A DNA stretch of 63,330 nt, counting the filler, from Octopus bimaculoides (taxonomy: Eukaryota), in assembly GCF_001194135.2 (NCBI RefSeq). It is 5 parts of 4 records of this genome, joined end to end, with 100 filler letters (N's around TTAATTAATTAA, not from the genome) between each part and the next. Parts side by side here need not be neighbours in the genome. Positions count along the whole stretch, not along the records: positions 1 to 30,131 come from NC_068984.1; 4 more parts are not named here. One strand, written 5' to 3'. How positions within the stretch are numbered: the stretch's first letter is position 1; every line of letters begins with the position of its first letter. A program made the position numbers and the translations under genes. Below, in pieces: positions 1 to 10,790 of this stretch. The notes below the pieces were generated by a model. It saw nothing but the letters and a program-made list of their open reading frames with translations, was not told the origin of the DNA and did not search any database.

Positions 1-2
1 AT

Positions 3-205
3 TCAGACAAATACATAAGAAAAACACCAGGACTTACAAATATATATAACATACAGAAAATTGCACTACTGAGCACTGCACACATACTACGCAAAACACT
101 TTCAATACTGTAACCATAAGAGCATCACAGCAAACCACAGTACATACCCAAGGCACACAGAGCTGCGCTCGGTAGTGAAGTGAAAGCATGTTATAAAAAT
201 AAAAC
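3..205 (+). mobile_element. 3' end (ORF C-terminus + 3'UTR) of an RLE-type (R4/Dong-like) non-LTR retrotransposon
   Basis: 3..113 translates SDKYIRKTPGLTNIYNIQKIALLSTAHILRKTLSIL*, matching the QKxALLGTAHILRK C-terminal motif of RLE LINEs; followed by a UTR and (AAC)/(AAT)n tail. Confidence 0.75.
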
Positions 206-219
206 TACTGAACAACAAC

Positions 220-254
<35 letters not shown>

Positions 255-280
255 TGATGATGATGATGATGATAATAACA

Positions 281-975
281 GACATCACTACCGATAGTGA
301 CAAATGCAGAATGTGTGGTGAAGGGATGAAACAGTACGGCACTTCGTTAACGAATGCTCGAAATTGGCACAACGGGAATACAAACGACGCCATGACAATG
401 CGGCAAGAATGATCCATTGGGAACTCTGTGGAAATCACGGCATACAAAGAGCAAAAATGTGGAATGAACAAACCCCAGAAGGAGTTACTGAACTGCAAAA
501 TCCTGTGGGAAGTAATGATCTAGTGCGATCACCTAACCAGACTTTGTTGTGGTGCATAAGAAAGAAAGATATAGTAATTTTTAGGAGGGACAAGAGTGCC
601 TAATAACTGACGTGACAGTGTCAGGAGGCCAACATATCATCATGAAAGAAAGGGAAAAATTTGATAAATATGGAGACCTGAGAATTGTGATCGCTAACAT
701 GTGGCAGCAACGAGAGTCAAACATAAAGGTTATCCCTATTGTCATCGGAGCATTGGGTTCAATACCACCCAATCTGAAAAAAACATCTGAAAACTTTAGA
801 AATACTCTACAATCTAGATGTATTGCAAAAGTCGGCATCACTTGGAACTGCACGCATATTGCGTAAAATATTGTTTGTCTGAGGTCCTTGTTGTGACTCA
901 ACAAACAATACAACCCCCAGGTAGACAATATCTTCAATCAACAACCTCACGATATTGTATACTGTGCGACGTCTA
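281..975 (+). mobile_element. 5'-truncated, frameshifted RLE-type (R4/Dong-like) LINE: CCHC knuckle + restriction-like endonuclease + 3'UTR
   Basis: CRMCGE..HFVNECSKLAQREYKRRHD (zinc knuckle), EKFDKYGDL, VIPIVIGALGSIP, LQKSASLGTARILRKILFV* (stop 880-882); bounded by (AAT/GAT)n on both sides. Confidence 0.85.
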
Positions 976-1622
976 TGATAATAATAATAATGATGATAAT
1001 AATTATAATGAATGCTATTTCTGTAAACCTTAACCATCCCCAAATTGCATAAAATGTATTTATCTTTGTGTTTACTTGAAATTTGGTATGACATTATGTG
1101 TTAAGGCTACTTATTTTTTCGATTGATTTGAAGGTAGTGTTTGCAATGTCTGAGAGATACATTACTAAAAATATGTTTTGTTATCGCCGTTGTTGTTGTA
1201 GTCGTTATTCTTGTTGCATAGCCTTTCCTTTTCCACATGATAGGCCGTGCCTTGACAGATTTGATCCAAGTTTTCACTAAATCGAGCAACCATATAAAAT
1301 CGTTCTTGCTGATACTTGGAATTGTCGTTGTTGCAGTTGGAATTCAGTTGCGTTTTGCGGAATATGGTTGGATGATAATATTGTGTGGTTAGTGTAGTGT
1401 ACTTGGTATACATGAAGTGCAGTTGTTGGGATATCATGCATTGTATATGACAAAATGACAAATAAAACATGATAACGTAGAATCGTTTGGACTTTGTTTA
1501 GAAATCATTTGTTCTGCAAAGTCTGTAGGTAAATAACCATATAATCTAGCATCTTCAAAAGAAAAGAATTTGCCCAGTGAAACATTCTATAGTTTCTCAT
1601 TCTTTTGTTTGTACTCTTTCAG

Positions 1623-1670
1623 AAATTGATAAATATTTGTATGAAAAGTTGTAAATTCGTAACCAATAAA
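1623..1670 (+). CDS. Possible short terminal coding exon (xIDKYLYEKL*) with nearby AATAAA
   Basis: Strong polypyrimidine acceptor ending TCTTTCAG at 1622, phase-1 frame to TAA at 1652-1654, AATAAA at 1665-1670. No homology recognised. Confidence 0.15.
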
Positions 1671-1919
1671 ACAATAGAATTCTAATGTTTGAAAGGGAGT
1701 AAATCGGAAGGTTATTTAGCTAAGGAGAAGCACCAAAACAATCGGAGCACTGAGGGTATCAGCGGAATTGATAAGAAGAATAGAAATCTGTGCTGGATGC
1801 CATCAACTTTTTGAATTCGATTAGCCGAATTTGCCTTTCATTACATTCTTTCTCACTGCCATCACAAAATCTTCCTAAAGATGTGCAAACTTCATAAGAT
1901 AATTAACTTTTACAACAAT

Positions 1920-2074
1920 CATCTGTGTGTCATATTTAACGTATAAACACCATTGAAAGACACTTAAAGTAGCCATCCATGTATTATACTTATTGCATGT
2001 GCACCGTTGAAAGGCAATTAAAGTAGTCATCTGTGTATCACATTTGACATATACACACCATCGAAAGGCAACTA
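1920..2074. repeat. Degenerate 54-bp minisatellite, ~3 copies
   Basis: Units start CATC at 1920, 1974 and 2028, each containing CACC-TTGAAAGGCA-TTAAAGTAG. Confidence 0.75.
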
Positions 2075-2544
2075 CACTTAGAAACTACAGTTTTTAAATT
2101 AAGGAGTAACTTGGAAATTTTTCTAGATACAATTTATTTGTTATTATTGCACGTTTTATTACCGGATTTTTTGCTTTCTTACATTCCCTTATTATTATGT
2201 TCTAAGGATTGAGTTCCATTGTTTACTAGTTGATTCAGTAAATGTTTATAATTAGTTATTTTAATATATTTATTTTTTTTCTTAATACATTAACTATCCG
2301 TTAATCTTTTTATTTTGTTTTTATAATATCAAAAACAAAGTTCTGTGTTCGATTTGCTAATTTTTTTCTATCTCTGAAAATAAAATATTACGTTTAAAGT
2401 ATTCTCACCTGATTATTTTTTCGACATTATCCGATATTATCACATTTCTATTATAGAATATCGAGTTGTCCGTGGGCCTTATACACTATTTCCTTCTTTC
2501 AACAGTAAAGGCGTTAGTAAATAATGTGATTTGAAGATCAATTC

Positions 2545-4137
2545 AATTAATTATAGCCGCTTGAATTTACACAATCCATGGTGTGTGCTGATTGTTAAAA
2601 GGTGTGCGCAATCTTTCTCTACTTGTATCTGTAGATAGGTCACCGAGGGGTCTAGCTTCGAGAAAAATTTTCCTCCATTTAGTTTTGAGAACACTTCTGG
2701 GCTTGATAATAGATAGTTGTGTTCGATCAAATGGTTATTTAATCCAGTTGAAAAGTCCGCACACACTCTTAGTTTACTAGTTTGTTTCTTTACATAAACC
2801 GTCGGAGCTGCCCAGTCTGAATGATCGACTTTTTCAATTATATCTAGATTTTCTAGTTTTTCCAGCTCTTTATTGACGTGGTCTTATGCCATAAATGGCA
2901 CAGAGAACTGAGCTCAGTAGTGCAGTGAAAGAATACCACAAACAGCACGTTCCGTTTGGGCATAAAAACGGGTGTTGCCTTTTCTTTTACTGCAATCCTC
3001 GCTTTTGTTTTAGTGCAACAGCCTAATCCTTCTAAATCTCTGATGACAAACTATTTATTTTTTCTCGTTTGGTCCAGTTTTTCGCCATCTTAGTTCTGCA
3101 GTGCGATTTAATGTGTCTTGTGTTTCCACAACAAAAACACTTTGCTTTTTTGGACAGACACTCTTTTCTCAGGTGCATACCACTGCATGCCATACATGGG
3201 TTTATCTCCTGTTGTATATCGTATTTTTTGTGAAACACTTTATCCGTCTTCTGACTCTTCTACACTGGTTTTATCTGCAAACAATCTCTGCGTTGGATTT
3301 CTTTTGTGTCGTGCCTTAATTTTGATATCATATCACACTCTTCTGACAGTTTCTGGATAATTATATCCTGATTTATTTCCAGCTTTGCGAGAATTTTTGT
3401 TCTGACTTCTGCGTTCTTTTTAGCAGTAAGTTCCCTAGCAAAATCAGGCACTTGAACGAGTCTGGAGTTAGTTTATCCAGTTTAAATCTCTCACACTCTC
3501 TGTTCACTTTACCCGCATATGTGATAAGGTCTTCGTCATCGCTTTTCTCAGTATTCAAACACTTCCAACGTGTATTGAACAACAATGTTTTTTCCCTAAA
3601 CATCCTACATAAAATCTCAATTGTGTCCATGAAATCTACGCCAGAAACTTTTTTTTTTAGACAATATAGAGTTACAATATTTCTCGTGCTCTATCGTCGC
3701 CAGCTTCCTCAGAATTAGACGCGTTTTCATTTCGTCCGTCCAGTCTTGGAATTCTTTTTCAAAAATTTGTTCAAATCTTCGGTAATATGCCTCGAAAGTG
3801 ATTTCTTCTTCTGGGTTATATTTAAATTCATTCATTGAATTTGCTACATGGTCTGGCGAATTTTTCGGTTTTGTTACCGACATCATTATTTGTAGCATTT
3901 GTTGTTGTTCTTGTTCTTTGAGTTGTTGTTGCTGCTTTTGTAATTCAACTAAACCTAACAAATTTTCCATAATTTTACGGATTTTTCGTAAAATATGTAC
4001 CACAAAAATGCTTATTACTCTTCTGTCAAGTTTTTATTTTCTCCACGTGAACAATTTTTCAACGTCGTACGCGTGAATTGTTTATTTTCTCGTGAAAAAA
4101 ATATTTTCTTTCAACGTTGTCCGCGCGAATTGTTTAT
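2545..4137 (-). mobile_element. Decayed Ty3/Gypsy (Mag/K02A2.6-like) LTR retrotransposon internal region: gag, zinc knuckle, truncated RT
   Basis: gag EFKYNPEEEITFEAYYRRFEQIF; knuckle CFCCGNTRHIKSHC; RT DHSDWAAPTVYVKK..LRVCADFSTGLN and FFSKLD..YLQI; many frameshifts and stops. Confidence 0.9.
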
Positions 4138-4439
4138 ATCCTTGTCGCCACTGTTATAATGTGGATCCTCGTCCACTTGTATGATATTGTCGACGCTGTA
4201 ATATTCTTGTCGCTACTATCATGTTGTGGCGGTATTCCGCGTATTATTATCTTTGACTTGTCTATCGTGCTATCGCTGATAGCTCCGCAAAACAATAACT
4301 TTGAAACGTTTACCTTGACGGTAACTCGAACTCGTATATAACACGTAACTGACACTGACTTCAGCTGAGAACTCGTACAACGACTCTACCACTACTGGCC
4401 CTATAGTGGCTCTCATACCTCTTTGTCACTACAACAACA
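4138..4439 (-). mobile_element. Putative 5' LTR and primer-binding-site region of the Gypsy element
   Basis: Minus strand reads ...ATAACA-GTGGCGACAAGG (PBS-like, 4140-4151); candidate TG...CA ends TGTTAT (4152) and ACAACA (4439). No partner LTR seen, so boundaries are uncertain. Confidence 0.5.
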
Positions 4440-4734
4440 GCCCAGCTCACTGCAAGCGGAGCGAGCTAGTCCGGTAAGAATTTTCCCTTTAAGGGTGAAT
4501 TTTGAAATTTAAAAGTGAAAATTTAATATTTTAAAATAAAAATACCAATATGGTCTCCTAAATCGAGGAAAGCGATGGCTGTTGAAATAACTGCTATGAC
4601 ATCGTTTTCTCACCACTAGTTGATGTGGTCGAGAAACGAAGCAAGGACAACAGCAGCAAAAACAGCAGCAGCAGCAACAACAACGACAACAACAGAAGCA
4701 GCAGCAGTAGTAATGATCAAAGTATATTTAAAAA

Positions 4735-5244
4735 CTAGCTTAAAAGCTGCATTCCAAGCAGACTTTTGCGCTGGCTCCTGCAGAGGGATAATTGGGCCTG
4801 CGACCCAAAACTAAAGAGAGCTAAATAGCATGACTATAATACGTCTATGATAATTATATGCTCCTGTGGTGCTGAATCAGAAGTTAAGGACGGATGAGAA
4901 CTAATTCTGCAATGCAATCATTTTATTGTTTCAGTCCCAAGTTGAATTTCAACTTTTGGCCAATTTGTCTCGATGCAAAAATTAACGAAGCGAAAGTCGT
5001 TTGTCTCTCACTTAATCCCTGACGTCATCTGACAAATTCCACTAAAATGGCATGAATCAGCCAAGCTTTAGCTGCTAGAAATAAACAACCTAAATGCTTT
5101 TAAATCAGATCCCAATGATGGATGTCCAAGAACCAAATCAAGGACAGATTTTCAATTCCGGGATCATTCTGATTCCCAAAGGGTATAATATGTCTATTAG
5201 GGACCCCTCACGGACAGACGGAATTTCGCTTTTATTATTATAGA
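4735..5244 (-). mobile_element. Non-autonomous Helitron, 510 bp
   Basis: Minus strand begins A|TCTATAATAATAAAAG and ends with hairpin AAAAG(T)CTGC-TTGGAAT-GCAGCTTTT then AAGCTAG|T: 5'-TC, 3'-CTAG, subterminal hairpin, A/T target, no TSD. Confidence 0.75.
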
Positions 5245-5329
5245 TGGTGCAAGCACGACTTCCATCACCATCCCCCCACTATAAGCACTTGCACAACGAC
5301 AACAGCGGTCGTTCTTTTTTCTCAGCAGA

Positions 5330-6859
5330 ATGGGAATGATTTTGCACAAACTTGTCGGAAAATATCAAAAGTCAAGTTGACAGAAAAATATTGAACGACG
5401 CTAAGTGACGTTCAACAAAGGATGGCAGAACAGTCTTCCTTAACATACAGGAAGAGGTGAAAGAAGACATTAATAAAAAAAACATTATATATAAATGTTC
5501 AGGAAAGGAAAATTCTACAAGTCCACAAAATGGGAAAGGAGAAATGGTCATATATGGGCATGGAATTGTATTTACATACCGATCTGACGGTATCGAAATT
5601 ATCCCTGACCTGATCAGCCTACCTAATGGAACGCAGCCAAAATGCCTAATTAGTGGCGAAACAAACAATTTAAAGGGTTTCTACCCCATGCAAAGAAAGT
5701 ACACCTCTAACACAACAACAGCAGCAACAGAAGCACCACTAACAATACCAACAGCATCAGTGCTATGAGCAGCAGCATCCAAAACCAAAACAACATCATC
5801 TACAGAAAGAGTAGCAGGAGAGATCTTTCAACAACATCAGTAGCAATCACCGGTACCACACCCGAGAAAAACAATAACGCCACCTACATCACCACAACCG
5901 AGAGAAGCTTCACCCACACCAGTGGACGAAACCAACAGCGTGGAAATGCAGACGTTCCTCTCCTTGCCACAGATTTTCAGATTGTAAAAACTTGTCTAGC
6001 GAGAAAAACAATCTTGGAAACCCACCAGAATGGATCCTGAAGAAAAAAAGGAAAACATTACAAAATGAAAAGCGCGTTACAAGATAATCAGAAGAGAAGA
6101 CACAGAAGCCAACAAACCATCACACACATACACCCTAAACCAAAGCAATTACAAACATCTCCAACACTACAAAAGCCACCAACTTTACAGACGTTTCAAT
6201 AAACGAAAACACATAGCAATCCAGGCCGACAACATGAATAGCACTCTCAAGGCATCACTTTCGGTGAATACGAGATTTACTTATCTCCATGACAACTGGA
6301 AATGAGCGGCGGTTGGAACTGCGGCGTTGTTCTGCAAAGGTTTGGAACTCGAGATAAGGACTACCTTCCTGGGCCCAGAAGGGATGCTGGTGGTCATGGA
6401 TGTAAATAGAAGCGACGCGAGTGCCTTCAGACTGGCAGTTGTTTATGCTCCGACATAGGAAGGACATCCAGATTTCTTTAGACGTCTGGACGTCTTCCTG
6501 GGAACGTCTCAACCTTTAGTACTAATGGGTGATTGGGCCATCTTGGAAACACGTTTGGATTGTGTGGATCTAGCAGCCATAAAAGTGGAGTGGCAAAAGT
6601 CTTGTAAGCTTGCTCAGATGTTTTCAACTGTCTGATGGGTACTGACTGGATTTCTGAATGTGCCATTGGGACATGGACGAACCGCTTCGGGACTTCTAGG
6701 TCGTATTTTGCCACGAACAGCCATAGGAAGTCTCTCATTGTTTAATTTTATATTGTAACTATTTTTTTTACTTTTCACACGCCTTTTATGTAAGCCACAT
6801 TGTATTGTCCTGCACGTATCAAGTGTTTTTTGTGAACCCTTAGTGGTTGATTAAGGAAA

Positions 6860-6860
<1 letters not shown>
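5330..6860 (+). mobile_element. Decayed, internally deleted L1/Tx1-like LINE: ORF1 remnant, AP-endonuclease, 3'UTR
   Basis: ORF1-like GTQPKCLISGETNNLKGFYP (degenerate knuckle); ~6300-6720 SGG.GTAALF...FRLAVVYAP...FFRRL...LVLMGDW...WTNRFGTSRSYF (APE motifs); no RT domain before the (ATT)n at 6861. Confidence 0.65.
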
Positions 6861-6906
<46 letters not shown>

Positions 6907-6907
<1 letters not shown>

Positions 6908-7455
6908 TGAGTGAGAGAGCTATACATGCCATCAAAGTGATACTGGGGTACAAATATACAAAGCTCAATATACCTATCATGACTACCCGTCTGATAAGGT
7001 ACACCAGACACATGCGTCATAACAATGTGTGCGCGACATGGTCATCACAAATCAAGATAAACAGCGCATGACCTTGCAGGCGGACCCCAGTTAGAATTTT
7101 CTTCAGGTCGAGTAGCCCATCGCGCTCAAAAGGTCTCTGAATAAGGTTTAAGTATGATGAACAAAACACCTATGTTTCCAGAAATGAATTATTGAAATCC
7201 CCCAAAATTCCTCTCAACACATGGTTATGATGTTGCCCTACTACTTCTGCTCGTGATCAGAGATGTACATGTCATAATCCACTAAGGGACATGCTCAACT
7301 GGTTAAGGTCAAGCAACTGACAAGTAAATCTGTGGTATTGAGCTGAATATTTGTTGTAACCCATCTTTTATACCAAGACAAAACAATGTACATAATAACA
7401 CTTCCAATCAGTTAAGATCAAAAGCCATGAGAGCCACTGCCTGGTACTGCATCAT
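6907..7455 (-). mobile_element. Repeat family A (~550 bp, ends CTCTCTCACTC-(AAT)n); longest copy
   Basis: Highly similar to 7921-8237 and 15773-16055; flanked by (ATT)n and (ATC)n; no coding motif recognised. Confidence 0.8.
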
Positions 7456-7557
7456 CATCATTATCATAATCATCATTGTTGTTGTTGGTGGTGGTATTGC
7501 TTTTATTGTTATTATTACTATTATTATTATTAACGTATATTTATTTTATTTTTACAG

Positions 7558-7575
7558 TAACCAGCAACAGTGTGG
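7558..7575 (+). CDS. Candidate 18-nt micro-exon 1 (phase 1-1; x-TSNSV-)
   Basis: TTTATTTTTACAG|TAACCAGCAACAGTGTGG|GTAAGT. Confidence 0.4.
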
Positions 7576-7667
7576 GTAAGTATATAAAATTATTTATATA
7601 AATGTGTACTTGATTAAAAAACTGGCGTGGTAATAATCCTTTGGTTTTAATAGTAATTTACTTCTTT

Positions 7668-7877
7668 AAGGCGGTGAGTAGGCAGAATCGTTAACACACT
7701 GGGTAAGATGCTTCGCAGCATTTCGTCCGTCTTCACGTTCCGAGTTGAAATTCTGCCGAAGTCGGCTTTGCCTTTAATTCTTTCGGGTTCGATGAAATAA
7801 GTACTGGTTACACACTGGGGTCGATGTAATCGACTAGTCCCCGTCCTCAAAATTTCAGGCCTTGTGCATTTAGTAGA

Positions 7878-7880
<3 letters not shown>
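7668..7880 (+). mobile_element. tRNA-derived SINE family 2 (AAGGCGG-GAGCTGGCAGAA head)
   Basis: A-box-like GGCAGAATCGTTA and B-box-like GAGTTGAAATT; tail GGGGTCGATGTAATCGACT...GTAGAAAG-(ATT)n; many copies in the window. Confidence 0.85.
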
Positions 7881-7920
<40 letters not shown>

Positions 7921-8237
7921 GAGTGAGAGAGCAGCGCATGCCATCAAAGTGACGCTGGGGTACAAATATACGAAGCCCAATATACCCATCATGACTGCCC
8001 GTCTGATAGGGCTACACCAGATACATGCATCACAACCATATGTGCGCGACATGATGACCACATATGAAGGTAAACAGTGCATGACTTTGCAGGTGGGGGC
8101 CAGTTAGAATTTTCTTGAGGTTGAGTAGCCCATCTCACTCAAAAGATCCCCGAATAAAGTTTGTTTAAGGATGATGAACGAAACACTCATGTTTCCAGAG
8201 ATGAATTATTCAAACCCCAAAGAATTCCTCTCAACAC
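7921..8237 (-). mobile_element. Repeat family A, 5'-truncated copy with target-site duplication
   Basis: CATTTAGTAGAAAG+(ATT)n occurs at 7867-7920 and again from 8237. Confidence 0.8.
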
Positions 8238-8251
8238 ATTTAGTAGAAAGA

Positions 8252-8326
<75 letters not shown>

Positions 8327-8335
8327 GTTGTTGTT

Positions 8336-8515
8336 AAGGCGGTGAGCTGGCAGAATCATTAGCATTGCGTTCTGAGTTCAAATTCCGCCGAGGTCGACTT
8401 TGCCTTTCATCCTTTCGAGGTCGATAAACCAAGTACCAGTGAAACACTGGGGTCGATGTAATCCACATGTCCCCAACTCACAAAAACTTTCAGACCTTGT
8501 GTCTATAGTAGAAAG
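8336..8515 (+). mobile_element. SINE family 2, internally deleted copy
   Basis: Head AAGGCGGTGAGCTGGCAGAATC joins directly to the B-box GAGTTCAAATTCC. Confidence 0.8.
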
Positions 8516-8581
8516 TATTATTGTTGTTATTGTTATTATTACCATTATTATTATTTACATATATTTATTTTATTTTTACAG

Positions 8582-8599
8582 TAGACATCGACAGTCTGG
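8582..8599 (+). CDS. Candidate 18-nt micro-exon 2 (phase 1-1; V-DIDSL-)
   Basis: TTTATTTTTACAG|TAGACATCGACAGTCTGG|GTAAGT. Confidence 0.4.
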
Positions 8600-8704
8600 G
8601 TAAGTATACAAAATTATTTATATAAATTCATATAAATTTATACTTGATAATTAAAAAACTGGCGAAGTAATAATCTATTGGTTTTAATAGTAATTCTCCT
8701 ATTT

Positions 8705-8910
8705 AAGGCGGCGAGCAGGCAGAGTTGTTTGCACACCGGGCAAAATGTTTAGCGGCATTTCGTCCATCTTTACGTTCTGAGTTCAAATTCCGCCGAAGTC
8801 GACTTTAGCTTTCTTCTTTTCTAGGGTCGATAAAATAAATACCCATTGAGCACTGGGGTCGATGTAATTGACTTAGCTCCTCCCCCAAAATTCCTGGCCT
8901 TGTGCCAAAT
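8705..8910 (+). mobile_element. SINE family 2 copy
   Basis: Same head, B-box and tail as 7668-7880. Confidence 0.85.
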
Positions 8911-8982
8911 TATTATTATTATCGTTGTTATTGTTATTATTACCAATATTATTATTAACATATGTTTATTTTAATTATACAG

Positions 8983-9000
8983 TAAACAGCGACAGTGTTG
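8983..9000 (+). CDS. Candidate 18-nt micro-exon 3 (phase 1-1; V-NSDSV-)
   Basis: TTTAATTATACAG|TAAACAGCGACAGTGTTG|GTAAGT. Confidence 0.4.
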
Positions 9001-9092
9001 GTAAGTATATAAAATTATCTATATAAATTTGTACTTGATTAAAAAACTGGTGTGGTAATAATCTATTGGTTTTAATAGTAATTTAATTCTCT

Positions 9093-9520
9093 AAGTCGGT
9101 GAGGTGGCATAATCATTAGCACCCCGGGCAAAAGTTTTAGCTGCATTTCATCCGTCTTCATGTACTGAGTTGAAATTTCGCCGAGGTCGACTTCAACTTG
9201 CTTCTTTATGGGGTCGATAAAATAAGTATCAGTTGAGCATTGGAATCAATGCAATCGACATATCCCTTCTCCCGAAGTTGCTGGCATTGTACCAAAATTT
9301 GAAACTAATATCAATTTACTTGTTTAAAGCGGCGAGCTGGCAGAATCGTTAGCACGCCGGACAAAATTCTTAATGGTATTTCATCTGTTTTCACTTTCTG
9401 AGTTGAAATTCCGCCGAAGTCGCCTTTGCCATTCATCCTTTCGGGGCCATTTAAATAAGTATCAGTTGATGTAATCGATTTGCCCCCTCCGCCGAACTTA
9501 TGTCAAAATCTGGAACCAAT
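9093..9520 (+). mobile_element. Two tandem SINE family 2 copies (9093-9306, 9326-9520)
   Basis: Both have the head and GTTGAAATT(T/C)CGCCGA body. Confidence 0.8.
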
Positions 9521-9829
9521 ATTAATTTACTTCTTCGTATACTTTGAAAATGTAAAGCAGAGCATCAAAATTTCATATTTACAGTAACTGAAAAGATATA
9601 CACAGAATTGTATTAAGCTTTTAACCTAATTTACTCTACACAAGAAGTCACTCACAACCAATTTACTTAAAGAAAAAGGAAGCAGCAAAACTATGTTTTT
9701 CTCGCCTCCTAATTGCAATACATCTCTATAAGCGAACAAAAAAAGTTTGTGAAATATTCTAAATCTGAATCATTTGAGACACCGACTTCAAGGTCTCTTA
9801 TGTATATTTCTTAAGAGTTAGTTCTTTGT

Positions 9830-10235
9830 ATACAGTGATTGTAATCACGAATTCGTTGAACGAAACTACGTTTAGACATGACATTTTTGTCTGTTCACTG
9901 ATGTGTGTGTTTGCTATTCAAAATAGACAATGACCTTTAAAATTTTCGACAAAGTTTTGTCAGAATTAAATTTAAAGTTGTTCAGAACTTGGGTAATCTT
10001 TCCTTTCAGGTTGTTTTAAATTCTACAATTGTATGTAAACGTACACATTGAGCGGTGTCTTTTCTTTTCGCGAGCTGTTTTGAAACGTTACTTGGCGTAT
10101 TCCTTTATGTGTGTATGTATCGTTTATATAGATATGCTGCAAGGTGTGTAATATTTAAAGTGCTTATATAAAGACATTCGTATGTAATCTAACTGCACAC
10201 AACTTTTCCAATATTTGGTATGCTGTCTTGTATGT
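9830..10235. repeat. Local duplication copy 1 (partner 11220-11660)
   Basis: Alignable throughout, near-identical core around 9915-10060. Confidence 0.85.
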
Positions 10236-10249
10236 ATGTACGTGTGCGC

Positions 10250-10790
10250 GTGTCCTACTTTTTGTATCAGCAGTGCGATTCAATCACTTTTCAGTTATCT
10301 CTACAGGATTTCTATTGAATTTAGAGTCAACACTGAAAGTTATGACATTTTGTATACGAATACGTCTACATTGCGATCGAAGATAGAAAAATAGGTAATG
10401 GGTGTATATGTATATATATTGCTCCTTCTTCAGCACTATCCAACCCGTTAACCACCCACGAAAGTTTTCCTTAAATAATCACTAAGTTTAGCGGAGTAAC
10501 ACAATTGGATAGACCAATTTACATATCAAACACGTTCCTGACAATTAGTACATACATATTAATTGCTGGTAGGGACACTGTATTTCGTTTTGTAACCGTA
10601 ATATACTACCAAGTATATTTAATATTTATAAGTCAATACTGTGTCCTACTTTTTGTGTTAGCAGTGCGAGTCAATCACTTAAAGTTTTTCTCTAGAGATT
10701 TTCTATAGAATTTAGAGCCAGAACAGAAAATTACGACGAATACGTCTGTGCAAATAATGTGATCGAAGATAGAAAATTAGATAATAGGTA
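10250..10790. repeat. Local ~150-bp direct duplication (10250-10400 / 10640-10790)
   Basis: Shared TGTCCTACTTTTTGT..CAGTGCGA.TCAATCACTT...GAATTTAGAG...GATCGAAGATAGAAAA. Confidence 0.75.

Noticed and set aside
1107-1289. MADF-like WIKSVKARPIMW peptide
   Set aside because: The resemblance covers only a few residues and runs into a trinucleotide repeat.
7500-9520. Repeat-spacer appearance suggesting CRISPR
   Set aside because: Eukaryotic context; units are hundreds of bp and made of SINEs and microsatellites; no cas genes.
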